Origin: Myxococcota bacterium
GTDB taxonomy: Bacteria > Myxococcota_A > UBA9160 > JAFDDA01
DNA length: 64,000 nucleotides
NCBI GenBank assembly: GCA_965228475.1
Contig: OZ245817.1
Location: forward strand, 256,001 to 320,000
Reading direction: 5' to 3'
Position numbers and translations under genes: made by a program. Below the pieces are notes generated by a model. It was not told where the DNA came from, searched no databases, and saw only the letters and a program-made list of their open reading frames with translations. Shown one piece after another: positions 29,516-38,838 of this stretch. The first letter of the stretch is position 1; every line of letters starts with the position of its first letter.

Positions 29516-30103
29516 TCAACGCTTTCGCCGGTAGATCGTCATCGCGACACCGCCCGGAGTCGCCCCGGTCTTGGCGAGCTCGAGCCCGGCCGGGACGGTC
29601 CCGTCGCGAAAGAGTCGCCGTCCCTGGCCGAGCACCGCGGGAAAGGTCCAGAGGCGGAACTCGTCGACGAGGTCGTGGGCGAGCAGGGTCTGGATGAGTT
29701 CGCCGCTGCCGTGGACCTGCAGGAGCGGCCCGTCCTTCGCCTTCAGCCGAGCGATCTCACCCGGAACATCGCCGGTCACGACGGTCGAGTTCTGCCAGCG
29801 GGCCCGGTACCCCGGCGAGCGCGTCACGACGTACTTCGTCGCTTCGGTCATGCGGCGGGCCATCGGGTCGCTCGGGTCCGCACCGTCGAAGCTCCCGGCA
29901 AAGATCTCGTAGGTCCGGCGTCCGAACAGCATGTCGTAGGGCTCGGCCATGGCTTCGGCTCGGACCTGCTGCATGACCTCTTCCCAGTAGGGCGCAGCCC
30001 AGCCGCCCTGCGTGAAGCCGCCGGAGGGGTCCTCCTCGGGGCCGCTCGGGCCCTGGAGGACTCCGTCCAGGGTCAGGAAGGTCAGCAGTGCGAGCGGTCT
30101 CAT
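29516..30103 (-). CDS. Dihydrofolate reductase / RibD C-terminal family protein
   Basis: TLDGVLQGPSGPEEDPSGGF..GGW, LFGRRTYE, GSGELIQTL, PAVLGQGRRLF. Confidence 0.88.
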   Translation of the reverse strand: MRPLALLTFLTLDGVLQGPSGPEEDPSGGFTQGGWAAPYWEEVMQQVRAEAMAEPYDMLFGRRTYEIFAGSFDGADPSDPMARRMTEATKYVVTRSPGYRARWQNSTVVTGDVPGEIARLKAKDGPLLQVHGSGELIQTLLAHDLVDEFRLWTFPAVLGQGRRLFRDGTVPAGLELAKTGATPGGVAMTIYRRKR

Positions 30104-31560
30104 TCCGAGTTCCCCTTCACGCGCCGGTAGAGCGAGACGTAGCCGAGGGTGCCGATGATGCTGAGCACCGTCGAGATCCCCATCATGTGGGGGCCGATCC
30201 CGTCCCACGCCGGAAGCCAACTCGTCCCGGACCATCCCACGTAGAGCAACATACCGAGGAACGGTGCGAAGGCGCCGCGCACGCCGGTCAGGGTCACGTG
30301 CACGCCCATGTAGCGCGCCGCGCGTTCCGGGCTCGCGAAGTCGTTGTGGCCGATCTGCCAGGCGAGCAGCCCGCCGCCGCGCGCGATGCCGAGCATGGCG
30401 CGGCCGACGCCGATGAAGAGCAGCGAGCCCGCGATCGCACCGCCCCAGACGATCGCCTGGGAGAGCGCCCAGAGCCCGCTGTGCTTGGCGCGGAACTCGG
30501 CGATGTGAATGCGGTCCATCCACGGGGCCCAGAGAGGAAGCGAGACCATCGAGAACGAGAGCGGCAGCACGAGGGAGAGGGCGATGCTCACGCTGTAGGA
30601 CGCGCCGAGGTCGCGCGAGACGAGCAGGATCAGCGGGCCCTCCATGATCATGTTCGCGCTGCCGATCACGAACTGCCAGAGCTGGTAGCGCGCGAAGAGC
30701 GGGTCGCTGCGCAGGAGCGCGAAGAGGCCGCGGCCCGGTTCCGCCGGCGGCTCCGGGAGCGAGGACTCCGGTGCGTTGGCGCCCTCGGGCCGCGGCAGCA
30801 GCGGTTCGCCGCGCTCGGCCGCGAGGTGTGCCTTCTCCCCGACGAGCTCGACCCGGGCGAAGGCGAGCAGGCCGATCGTCGCGATGGCGGCGCCGAGCGG
30901 ATAGACCCAGCGGAACGAGTTCGGGTCCGCATCGAGGGCGAAGCCGGCGACGAGCGCGGTCAGCGTGATCGCGGCGGTGGTGTAGAGCGAGAGCCGCGCG
31001 GTGATGCGGCTCCGGACGTCGCCCGGGTAGTTGAGGGTCCAGACCGTGCTGCGCACCGTGAGGATCCCGCCGATCAGGAGACGCGCGAGCACGACCGCCA
31101 CGGCGAGCAGCGGCCCACCCGAGGGGTCCGAAGGAAGGAAGGCCACCGCCGCGACGAGCCCGATGAACACGGTCTGCATCGCGGTGAGCAGCGGGACCTT
31201 GGGCCGCCCCTCGGCGACGCGTGCCCACAGCACGCTCGAGAGGTTCCCGAACATCGGGGCCGCGGAGATCAGCGCGAGCAGCGTCGGGTGCACGTCGTAG
31301 ACCTTGTCCGCGATCACGCCGACGACGCCCGCTTCCATGAGCCCGCCCGCGGCCGGGAGGGTCCAATCGCGCACCCGCTCGCGGCGGTAGCTCGCGCGGG
31401 CGATGCCCTCGAGGCGCGGCAGGCCGAAGCGCCCGGAGCCGCCCCGGGGCCCGGGCTCGCTCGGGGCGCCCTGCTCCCCAGAAACGAAAAGCCCGGCCAC
31501 CGGGGCCGGGCTCTTCGAGCGATCTCGGGCGCGCGATGTCCGGCTCCTATCCCCTGACAT
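30100..31560 (-). CDS. MFS transporter (start uncertain)
   Basis: About 12 hydrophobic segments; AAGGAG 10 nt before ATG 31560; YMGVHVTLTGVRGAFAPFLG. Confidence 0.75.
   Translation of the reverse strand: MSGDRSRTSRARDRSKSPAPVAGLFVSGEQGAPSEPGPRGGSGRFGLPRLEGIARASYRRERVRDWTLPAAGGLMEAGVVGVIADKVYDVHPTLLALISAAPMFGNLSSVLWARVAEGRPKVPLLTAMQTVFIGLVAAVAFLPSDPSGGPLLAVAVVLARLLIGGILTVRSTVWTLNYPGDVRSRITARLSLYTTAAITLTALVAGFALDADPNSFRWVYPLGAAIATIGLLAFARVELVGEKAHLAAERGEPLLPRPEGANAPESSLPEPPAEPGRGLFALLRSDPLFARYQLWQFVIGSANMIMEGPLILLVSRDLGASYSVSIALSLVLPLSFSMVSLPLWAPWMDRIHIAEFRAKHSGLWALSQAIVWGGAIAGSLLFIGVGRAMLGIARGGGLLAWQIGHNDFASPERAARYMGVHVTLTGVRGAFAPFLGMLLYVGWSGTSWLPAWDGIGPHMMGISTVLSIIGTLGYVSLYRRVKGNSE
31482..31516 (-). 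terminator. Intrinsic terminator-like hairpin at the 5' end of the MFS gene
   Basis: Minus strand AAGAGCCCGGCC-CCGGT-GGCCGGGCTTTT-CGTTTC. Confidence 0.6.
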
Positions 31561-31725
31561 GGGGCGTCGTCTCCTTCGGCTGCGGGACGCAGAAGAAAGC
31601 GTGGGCGGGGCACCAGGCGTGGAGGATCGGGGCAGACATCGGCCCGGCCGAGTCTACACCAGGAGCCCTGGGTCGCTTGGCCGGGGCTTTTAGGCCTCAA
31701 TCGGGTGATTCCGCGACACTTTTCC

Positions 31726-31757
31726 TTGACCGGGCCCACAAACCTGAGCAAGACTCA
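31726..31757 (+). promoter_or_regulatory. Probable promoter/TetR operator
   Basis: TTGACC at 31726 followed by TGAG-CAAGA-CTCA (31745-31757) upstream of tetR. Confidence 0.5.
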
Positions 31758-31806
31758 CATTTTCTCGGGTTCTGGAACTCCCAGGCCCTCCGCCCAGGCG
31801 CCCCGC

Positions 31807-32523
31807 ATGTCCTCAGCCGTTTCCCTCGAGCCCCGCCGAAGGCCGACGCAAGCCCGCTCCCGCGAGCGCGTCGAGCGCATCCTCGCCGCCGCGCGGGAGC
31901 TCTGCGAGGTCCAGCCCGCGGACTCCGTCACGACCTCGGCGATCGCCCGGCGGGCCGGCCTCTCGATCGGTTCGCTCTACCAGTACTTCCCGAACCGGCA
32001 CGCCGTGCTGGCCGCGCTCGCGCGCAAGCTGCTCGGGGAGACGGATGCCCGCGCGATCGAGGAGCTCGAGGCTCTGCACGATCGGCCCTGGCGCGAAGCG
32101 GTCGATCGGGTGGTCGAGGTGCGGTTCGCGGAGCTCGCGAAGCGGCCGCGGGTCACGGCGGCGCTGCGGAGCCTCACGGCCAGCGCCGAGTACCTGGCGA
32201 TCGACGCGGAGTCGAACGCGCGGCTCGTCGACGGGCTCGCCCGCCATCCCGCCATCGCGGCCCGCGGCACGGCCGCCGAACAGCTCCGCGTGGCGCGGAT
32301 CGCCGTCGAAGCTGCGGCCGCCGTCGAGGCCTACGCCCTTCGCGCCGAGTCCGCCGAAGAGCGGGCCGCCTGCGCCGCCGAAATGAAGCGCCTGCTCGAA
32401 GCGTACCTGGCGCTGCACATCGAGGGCCCGGCCGTCGCGCCGGTGCCGTCCGAACCCCTTGCTCCTGGGTCCGCGGGCCCGTCCCTTCACGAGGAGTCCC
32501 GCGACTCCTTCGCTCCGAGGTGA
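31807..32523 (+). CDS. TetR family regulator
   Basis: PRRRPTQARSRERVERIL, IARRAGLSIGSLYQYFPNR. Confidence 0.9.
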   Translation: MSSAVSLEPRRRPTQARSRERVERILAAARELCEVQPADSVTTSAIARRAGLSIGSLYQYFPNRHAVLAALARKLLGETDARAIEELEALHDRPWREAVDRVVEVRFAELAKRPRVTAALRSLTASAEYLAIDAESNARLVDGLARHPAIAARGTAAEQLRVARIAVEAAAAVEAYALRAESAEERAACAAEMKRLLEAYLALHIEGPAVAPVPSEPLAPGSAGPSLHEESRDSFAPR

Positions 32524-32528
32524 ATCCG

Positions 32529-34817
32529 ATGTTCCGAACGTTCCCCGCTCTCGCGCTCGCCGTGGCGCTGTTCGTGTCCGGCTGCAACCTGCCGGTCTTC
32601 CCCGGCAGCCCGGTCATCTTCCTCGCGCCCGCCGTCGGCGAGAGCGCCGAGGATTTCGAGACGCGCGTGCGCCAGGCCTTCAGCCTCGCCCAGCCGGGGA
32701 GCGCCTTCGAGTTCGGCGCCGGCACCTTCACCTTCACGCGGGGCATCGTGATCACGGCGTCCCACATCACGGTCGTCGGCCAGGGCCACGCCGATACGAT
32801 CCTCGACTTCTCGACCGCCAACGCCTCCGAGGCGATCCTGGCCTCGGGCGACGAGTTCCTGATCCGCGACATCGGCATCTTCGACCCGCCGGGCGACGGC
32901 GTGAAGACGGTCGGCTCCGACGGCGTGACCATGCAGCGCGTCTCGATCATCTGGCCGAACGAGGTCGACCCGACGAACGGGCCCTACGGCCTCTACCCCG
33001 TTCTCAGCCGGAACATCCTGATCGAAGGCTGCTACGTGAAGGGCGCCGAGGACGCCGGCATCTACGTCGGCCAGTCCGAGAACATCATCGTCCGCAACAA
33101 CTGGGCGGAGATGAACGTCGCCGGCATCGAGATCGAGAACTCGATCAACGCCGACGTCCACTGGAACGTGGCCACGCAGAACACGGCCGGCATCCTGGTC
33201 TTCGACCTTCCGGGGCTCAGCCAGGCCGGCCACTCCGTCCGCGTCCACAACAACTGGTCCTTCGACAACAACACGGAGAACTTCGGCAGCGGCATCGTCG
33301 GCCTCGTCCCGCCGGGCACCGGCATGCTCATCCTCTCGACGGACGGCGTCGAGATCTTCGACAACGAGATCTACGGGAACCTCACCGCGGGCATCGCGAT
33401 CTTCAGCTACGAGATCTCGCTGCTGCCCTACCCGGAGGACTTCGACGCCTTCCCGGAGCGGATCGAGGTCTACGGAAACCATCTCGACGACAACGGCCTC
33501 GTGCCCCAGGGCTTGATCGGACAGGTCATCGCCTTCCAGTTCGGCGCGGGCCAGCCCATCCCGGACATCATCTACGACCGCAACATGAACCCGGATCTCG
33601 TCCAGCCGGACGGTGAGCTGCCGGACGATCTCAAGATCTGCATCGGCGACAACGGCGAGGCGACCTTCGGCACCCTCGCGGTGCCGCCGAGCGGGGACCG
33701 CTTCGACACCTCCCTCTACGACTGCGATCACCCCGCGCTCACGGACGTCGCGCTGCGCGACCGCCTGCCGCTTCCGGAGGGCGCGGTGGAGCTCTCGCCC
33801 GAAGAGACCGCGGCCCTGTGCGGTGCCTCGCCGGCCGGCGTGAACTGGCCGGCCTTCGAGGCGAACTGCCCGGTGCTCTCGGACTACAACCTCTTCGTCG
33901 GCAACGACCCGCGCGGCGTGCCGGTCGAGCGGGGCGTCGGGTACGACCTCACGACGCCGCTCTTCTCGGACTTCACCCTGAAGGATCGCTACGCCTTCGT
34001 CCCGCCGGGCGAGGCCGCGGCCTACGATGCGTCGGCGGTGATGGACTTCCCGGTCGGGACGATCATCACCAAGACCTTCACCTTCGATACGCCGGGTGGG
34101 GAGGACGTGATCGAGACGCGGCTCCTGATCCGTCGCGAGTTCGGCTGGAAGGCGCTCGTCTACCTCTGGGACGAGACCGGCACGGAGGCCACGCTGACGC
34201 CCGAGGGGGCGATCGTGAACGTCACCTTCAACCACCCGGCCGGCGGCACCCAGAACATCGACTACGAGGTGCCGGACGTGAACCAGTGCGCGGGTTGCCA
34301 CGCCGGCGTCGACGAGCCGATGGATCTCATCGGGCCCAAGGCGCGCTGGCTGAACAAGCCCGTGCCCTTCGATGCGAGCGGCACGAACCAGCTCGACTAT
34401 TGGAGCGTGAACGGCTTGCTGACCGGTGCTCCGGACCCGGCCCTCGCACCGCGGCTCCCGGTCTGGGACGATCCGCTCGACGGCACGGTGGCCGAGCGCG
34501 CCCGGGCGTATCTCGAGATGAACTGCGCCCACTGCCACCGCGACGGCGGCCGGGCCGGGTTCACGAGCCTGTGGCTGAACGCGGACGAGCCGGACGGCAT
34601 GATGACGGGCATCTGCAAGACGCCCATCGCCTCGGGCGTCGGGAGCCTCGAATACGACGTCGTGCCGGGTGACCCCGCCGCCTCGATCCTGGTCTTCCGC
34701 ATGGATTCGGTGGTGCCCTCGGTGAAGATGCCGGAGCTCGCCAAGGTGACCATCCACGACGAGGGCGTGAGCCTCGTGAGCGATTGGGTCACCGGCCTCA
34801 CGGGCACCTGTCCGTAG
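32529..34817 (+). CDS. Lipoprotein: parallel beta-helix repeat domain fused to an SO2930-like diheme c-type cytochrome
   Basis: Lipobox VSGC; NGPYGLYPV, DAGIYVGQS, NVAGIEIENS, GILVFDLP; then YDLTTPLFSD, FPVGTIITKTF, IETRLL, CAGCH, RARAYLEMNCAHCH, MPEL. Confidence 0.85.
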   Translation: MFRTFPALALAVALFVSGCNLPVFPGSPVIFLAPAVGESAEDFETRVRQAFSLAQPGSAFEFGAGTFTFTRGIVITASHITVVGQGHADTILDFSTANASEAILASGDEFLIRDIGIFDPPGDGVKTVGSDGVTMQRVSIIWPNEVDPTNGPYGLYPVLSRNILIEGCYVKGAEDAGIYVGQSENIIVRNNWAEMNVAGIEIENSINADVHWNVATQNTAGILVFDLPGLSQAGHSVRVHNNWSFDNNTENFGSGIVGLVPPGTGMLILSTDGVEIFDNEIYGNLTAGIAIFSYEISLLPYPEDFDAFPERIEVYGNHLDDNGLVPQGLIGQVIAFQFGAGQPIPDIIYDRNMNPDLVQPDGELPDDLKICIGDNGEATFGTLAVPPSGDRFDTSLYDCDHPALTDVALRDRLPLPEGAVELSPEETAALCGASPAGVNWPAFEANCPVLSDYNLFVGNDPRGVPVERGVGYDLTTPLFSDFTLKDRYAFVPPGEAAAYDASAVMDFPVGTIITKTFTFDTPGGEDVIETRLLIRREFGWKALVYLWDETGTEATLTPEGAIVNVTFNHPAGGTQNIDYEVPDVNQCAGCHAGVDEPMDLIGPKARWLNKPVPFDASGTNQLDYWSVNGLLTGAPDPALAPRLPVWDDPLDGTVAERARAYLEMNCAHCHRDGGRAGFTSLWLNADEPDGMMTGICKTPIASGVGSLEYDVVPGDPAASILVFRMDSVVPSVKMPELAKVTIHDEGVSLVSDWVTGLTGTCP

Positions 34818-34842
34818 GCGCTCCGCGAGCTTGGGAGAGTCG

Positions 34843-34880
34843 CCGCCCCGGCTGTTTCGACAGCCGGGGCGGTTTCGTTT
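34843..34880 (+). terminator. Rho-independent terminator
   Basis: CCGCCCCGGCTGT-TTCG-ACAGCCGGGGCGG-TTTCGTTT. Confidence 0.85.
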
Positions 34881-34898
34881 CGGGGCTCGAAGCGATTC

Positions 34899-34930
34899 CG
34901 TCAGTCCGAGATCGCGTCAGTCCGAGATCG
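34899..34930. repeat. Perfect 16-bp tandem duplication covering the cytochrome c stop codon
   Basis: CGTCAGTCCGAGATCG x2. Confidence 0.9.
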
Positions 34931-35648
34931 GAAGCCCGAGCCGCTTCCGGTATTCCACCATCCCCGGGCCATCGAGCGGTCCGGCCTGGCGCAGCACCGT
35001 GAGGTAGCGGACGAGGCCCTCCACCTGGGCCGAGGTGAGAGATCGCCCGAAGCCGGGCATCTGGACGCGCTGCCGTTCGGTGAACCAGAGCGCGGGGCGA
35101 AGACGCCCGATCCCCTGGTGGAAGAAGCGCGGCACGCCCTCCCGGATCCATTCGCGAACGACCTCGGGGTCGTCGTTGCGCGTGAGCACGTCGTAGTCGC
35201 GTCCGAAGAAGCCCGGGACGTAGCCCTTGAGCGAGCCCGGGTTCGCGACGCCGCCCTGACCGAGATCGCCGTGGCAGGAGAAACACTGTCGGCGCGCGAG
35301 CCGTTCCGAGGCGACGAGTCCGCGCACGGGGCCCCGTGCGGCGGCCCGGTCGGCCTCGTACTGCACCAGCGCGATCCACGCCGTGAGGTCGGCGACGGCC
35401 CGCTCCGGAAGGCCTTCGGGGTGCTCGGGCACCTCGACGATTCGCGCCGCGATCCGCTCCGGGCTACGGCTTCCCTCGAAGAGTCCGCTCTCGTGGCAGG
35501 ACCAGCAGCCGTGCTCGCCCGCGAGCACGCTTCCGCGCTCGGCCGGGGAGTGCTCGGGGATCCAGTGCGCGCGCGTGGCAAAGGCCAACGCGGCGAACGC
35601 GACGAGGAGTCCGGCCAACGCCAGTCCGAGCGTCTTAGCGGAAGGCAC
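34917..35648 (-). CDS. Membrane-anchored diheme c-type cytochrome
   Basis: N-terminal TM; CWSCH and CFSCH; NPGSLKGYVPG; QMPGF. Confidence 0.8.
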   Translation of the reverse strand: MPSAKTLGLALAGLLVAFAALAFATRAHWIPEHSPAERGSVLAGEHGCWSCHESGLFEGSRSPERIAARIVEVPEHPEGLPERAVADLTAWIALVQYEADRAAARGPVRGLVASERLARRQCFSCHGDLGQGGVANPGSLKGYVPGFFGRDYDVLTRNDDPEVVREWIREGVPRFFHQGIGRLRPALWFTERQRVQMPGFGRSLTSAQVEGLVRYLTVLRQAGPLDGPGMVEYRKRLGLPISD

Positions 35649-36657
35649 CGGGCGGCCGTCCCGTCCAGCGCTTGAAGGCGCGGTAGAAGTTCGGGGTCTC
35701 CGAGTACCCGAGCAGGTTCGCGATCTCGTCCACGCTCAGGGTCGAACGCTGTAGATAGTCGAGGGCCAGGCCCTTGCGGACGTCGACCTCGACGGCGTGG
35801 AAGCTCGTCCCGGCATCCTTCAGCCGGCGCCGGAGCGTGCGGCCGCTCATGCCGAGGGCGCGCGCCGTCTCCTCGAGCGACGGAATCCTTCCCGGGGCTC
35901 CGACGAGTTCCCGTCGGACCCGCGCGACGAGGCTCGGCGTCTCCCCGAGCCTTTCGAGCAGCTCCGCGCAGCGTTGCTCGCAGACCTCCGCCGTCTCGGC
36001 ATCCGAGAACGCCAGCGGCAGGAGGAGGTCGCGAGCGCGGAAGCGAATCTCCGTGTGGGGTGCGTCGAAGCGGACCGGACAGCCGAGTTCGGCTTCGTAG
36101 AACGCATCGTCTCCACCCGGAAGGTCGAAGCGGGCTTCGAGCGGGCGCGTGGGAGGAGAGGTCAGCGCCAGGAGGTGTTCGACCAGGATCGTCGTGAGCT
36201 CCTCCCGCGCCATCCGGCCGGCCCTGCCGAGCGGAAAGATCTCCCGCGCGATCAGGCCTGCCTCGCCGCCGTCCTCGACGAGCTCGAGGGAGAGCAGGGG
36301 GCCCGCCGTCGCCATGTAGCGGAGGGCGATGCGGATCGCCTGGGCCAGGTTGGCGCTGCTCTGGATGGCGTAGCCGATCACGCCGTGGTCGCTGATGCGC
36401 TCCCGGTGTCCGAGCCGGAAGCCGAGGCCCGGCGTGCGGGTCCTCGCCACGGCATTTTCGTAGATCCGGAGCTGGGACGCGTGGCTGATGCGGTGCTCCT
36501 CGTCCGCGAGGTCCGCGAAGCGCAGCCCCGTCCCGGCGAGGGTGATCTCGGGTGCGATGCCCTCCTCCGCGAGGAGTTCCACGAGGTGGCGGCAGTAGCC
36601 GGCCCGGACGATGGGGCGCTCGAGGGCCGCGGGGTCGCGCAGATCGGCCAGCTCCAT
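35635..36657 (-). CDS. AraC family regulator (Arabinose_bd_2-type N-terminus)
   Basis: HGVIGYAIQSS, LGMSGRTLRRRL, IANLLGYSE..NFYRAFKRWTG. Confidence 0.92.
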   Translation of the reverse strand: MELADLRDPAALERPIVRAGYCRHLVELLAEEGIAPEITLAGTGLRFADLADEEHRISHASQLRIYENAVARTRTPGLGFRLGHRERISDHGVIGYAIQSSANLAQAIRIALRYMATAGPLLSLELVEDGGEAGLIAREIFPLGRAGRMAREELTTILVEHLLALTSPPTRPLEARFDLPGGDDAFYEAELGCPVRFDAPHTEIRFRARDLLLPLAFSDAETAEVCEQRCAELLERLGETPSLVARVRRELVGAPGRIPSLEETARALGMSGRTLRRRLKDAGTSFHAVEVDVRKGLALDYLQRSTLSVDEIANLLGYSETPNFYRAFKRWTGRPPGAFR

Positions 36658-36829
36658 GCCCCGAGGATGCCCGATCGAAGCCGCCCTGTGGCCGGATCGG
36701 ATAGAAAATTGGCCCCAGCGGAGACGGCGGCCCGGCCGGCTCCGTGGCTTCTTTCCCTGGGTCGGGGCGGCGGGGGCCTCCCTGCCACCGAATGGAACCC
36801 GCGGCCCGGAGCCGCTCAGGAGGAAGCCC

Positions 36830-37690
36830 ATGGCCATCGTTCTCGTGACCGGCGCAAGCCGTGGCATCGGCGCCGAGACCTCGCGAACCCTCGCCCGGGC
36901 CGGGCACACGGTCTACGCCGGCATGCGGAAGCCCACGCCGTTCGAAGAGCCGGACGGTACGCGCAGCTCGGTACGGACCGTGCCCCTCGACGTGACGGCG
37001 CCCTCGGAGGTGCGCGAGGCCGTCACGCGAATCCTCGAGGAGGAAGGCCGCATCGACGCCCTGGTGAACAACGCCGGCGTCGCGTGGTTCGTCCCGGCGG
37101 AGGAGATGTCCGACGCGGTCCTGCGTTCGACCTTCGAGACGAACTTCTTCGGCGCCGTCCGCTGCACGCGCGCCGTCCTGCCCGTCATGCGCGAACAGGG
37201 GGCCGGTCGCATCGTCATGATGAGCACCCTCGCGGCGGCCACCGGCCTGCCGCTCGAGTCGGCCTACTGTGCATCGAAGAGTGCACTCGAAGCCTTCGCC
37301 GAGAGCGTTCGTCACGAGGTCGCGCCCTTCGGGATCGACCTCGCGGTGGTCGAGCCCGGCATCACCGAGGGCGGCCTTTCGACGAGCATCCCCGACCCGG
37401 GCGCTCCACGCGCGAGCGCCTACCGGCCGCTGCTCGATCACACCTTCGCCTACTACGAGGCGGCGCAGGCGGAGCTCGAGCCTGCGAGCCTCGTCGCGGA
37501 GACCGTGGAGGGGATCGTCAGCGGCCGCGTCGGCGGCTTCCGGCATCGGCTGGGGCGGCTCGGGCCGGTGATCGACGAAATCGCCCGGGCCGAGGAACCC
37601 CAGGCGACGGCGATGGTGCGCGAAGCGCTCGGGATCGAGGGTTGGTGCACCGGTGAGGGCGCGTTCGCGAAGGCGGGGGCGGGCGAATGA
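36830..37690 (+). CDS. SDR family oxidoreductase
   Basis: TGASRGIG, NNAG, YCASK; RBS AGGAGG. Confidence 0.92.
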   Translation: MAIVLVTGASRGIGAETSRTLARAGHTVYAGMRKPTPFEEPDGTRSSVRTVPLDVTAPSEVREAVTRILEEEGRIDALVNNAGVAWFVPAEEMSDAVLRSTFETNFFGAVRCTRAVLPVMREQGAGRIVMMSTLAAATGLPLESAYCASKSALEAFAESVRHEVAPFGIDLAVVEPGITEGGLSTSIPDPGAPRASAYRPLLDHTFAYYEAAQAELEPASLVAETVEGIVSGRVGGFRHRLGRLGPVIDEIARAEEPQATAMVREALGIEGWCTGEGAFAKAGAGE

Positions 37691-38838
37691 CGCGGCAAGA
37701 CTCCCTCTACGAGATCCTCTCCCCCGAGAGCCTCGAGTCCGCATCGCTGCCGCTCGAACGGGCGTCCACCCTGCCCGCGGCCGCCTTCACCTCCGAGCGC
37801 GTCTACGAGCTCGAGCAGGCGCGGATCTTCTCTCGAGAGTGGCTGTGCGCGGGGCGGGTCGATCAGGTTCCGGAGCCCGGCGATTTCTTCTGTCTCGACC
37901 TTCTCGACGACAAGCTCGTCGTGGTCCGCGGGCAGGATGGCCGGGTGCGGGTGCTCTCGCGGGCCTGCCGCCACCGCGCCGCCGAGGTCGTGACGGGTTC
38001 GGGGAACGCGCGCTCCTTCCAGTGCCCCTACCACGCCTGGACCTACCGGCTCGATGGAAGCCTCGCCGGTGCGCCGTTCATGGAGAACGTCGAGGGGTTC
38101 GACCGAAAGGCCTGCCGGCTGCCCGAGATCCGAAGCGAGGTCTGGGAGGGCTTCCTCTTCGTGAACTTCGACGCGTCGGCCGCGCCCCTCGCTCCCCGCC
38201 TCGAGCCGCTGCGCGAGCGGCTCGCCGGGTTCCGCATGGCGGACATGGTGGCCGTCGAGACCGCGACCTACGAGTCGCCCTTCAACTGGAAGGTGCTCGT
38301 CGACAACTTCATGGAAGCCTATCACCACATCGCGACGCATCGAGATACGCTCGAGCCGCTCTTCCCGGCCAAGCTGGCGGAGACCCCGGATGCCGAGGGG
38401 CCGTTCTCGGTGCTCGTGATGCCCGCGAAGGGTTCCGGTCCGGGCGAGGGCGGCGCGCCGACGGAGTCACTTCCCATCGACGCCGGGGAAGCGCTCGTGG
38501 CGGCCGTCGTCTTTCCCTTCCATCTCTTCGCGCCCGCGCACGGCTCGCTCGTCTGGTACCAGCTCCTGCCCGTCCGCAGCGACCACTTCGTGCTCCGCAT
38601 CTACGGCTGCTTTCCCAAGGGCACCTTCGACGACCCGGCGGCGGCGGATGCCGCGCGTGAGGCGCAGGCGCTCGTGCGCGTCGTCCACGGCCAGGACATC
38701 GAGGCCTGCGAAGCGACCTGGTCCGGTCTCCAGGCACGCTCCTTCGAGTCCGGCCGGCTGAACGGTCTCGAGAAGTCGATCTGGCAGTTCAACCAATGGT
38801 GGCGAGCCTGCATGGAGGGAGAGGAGGACGCCGCGTGA
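37687..38838 (+). CDS. Rieske non-heme iron oxygenase alpha subunit (choline monooxygenase/CntA-like)
   Basis: CRHR...CPYHAW Rieske ligands; NWK...NFMEAYHHIATH; QD. Confidence 0.9.
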   Translation: MTRQDSLYEILSPESLESASLPLERASTLPAAAFTSERVYELEQARIFSREWLCAGRVDQVPEPGDFFCLDLLDDKLVVVRGQDGRVRVLSRACRHRAAEVVTGSGNARSFQCPYHAWTYRLDGSLAGAPFMENVEGFDRKACRLPEIRSEVWEGFLFVNFDASAAPLAPRLEPLRERLAGFRMADMVAVETATYESPFNWKVLVDNFMEAYHHIATHRDTLEPLFPAKLAETPDAEGPFSVLVMPAKGSGPGEGGAPTESLPIDAGEALVAAVVFPFHLFAPAHGSLVWYQLLPVRSDHFVLRIYGCFPKGTFDDPAAADAAREAQALVRVVHGQDIEACEATWSGLQARSFESGRLNGLEKSIWQFNQWWRACMEGEEDAA

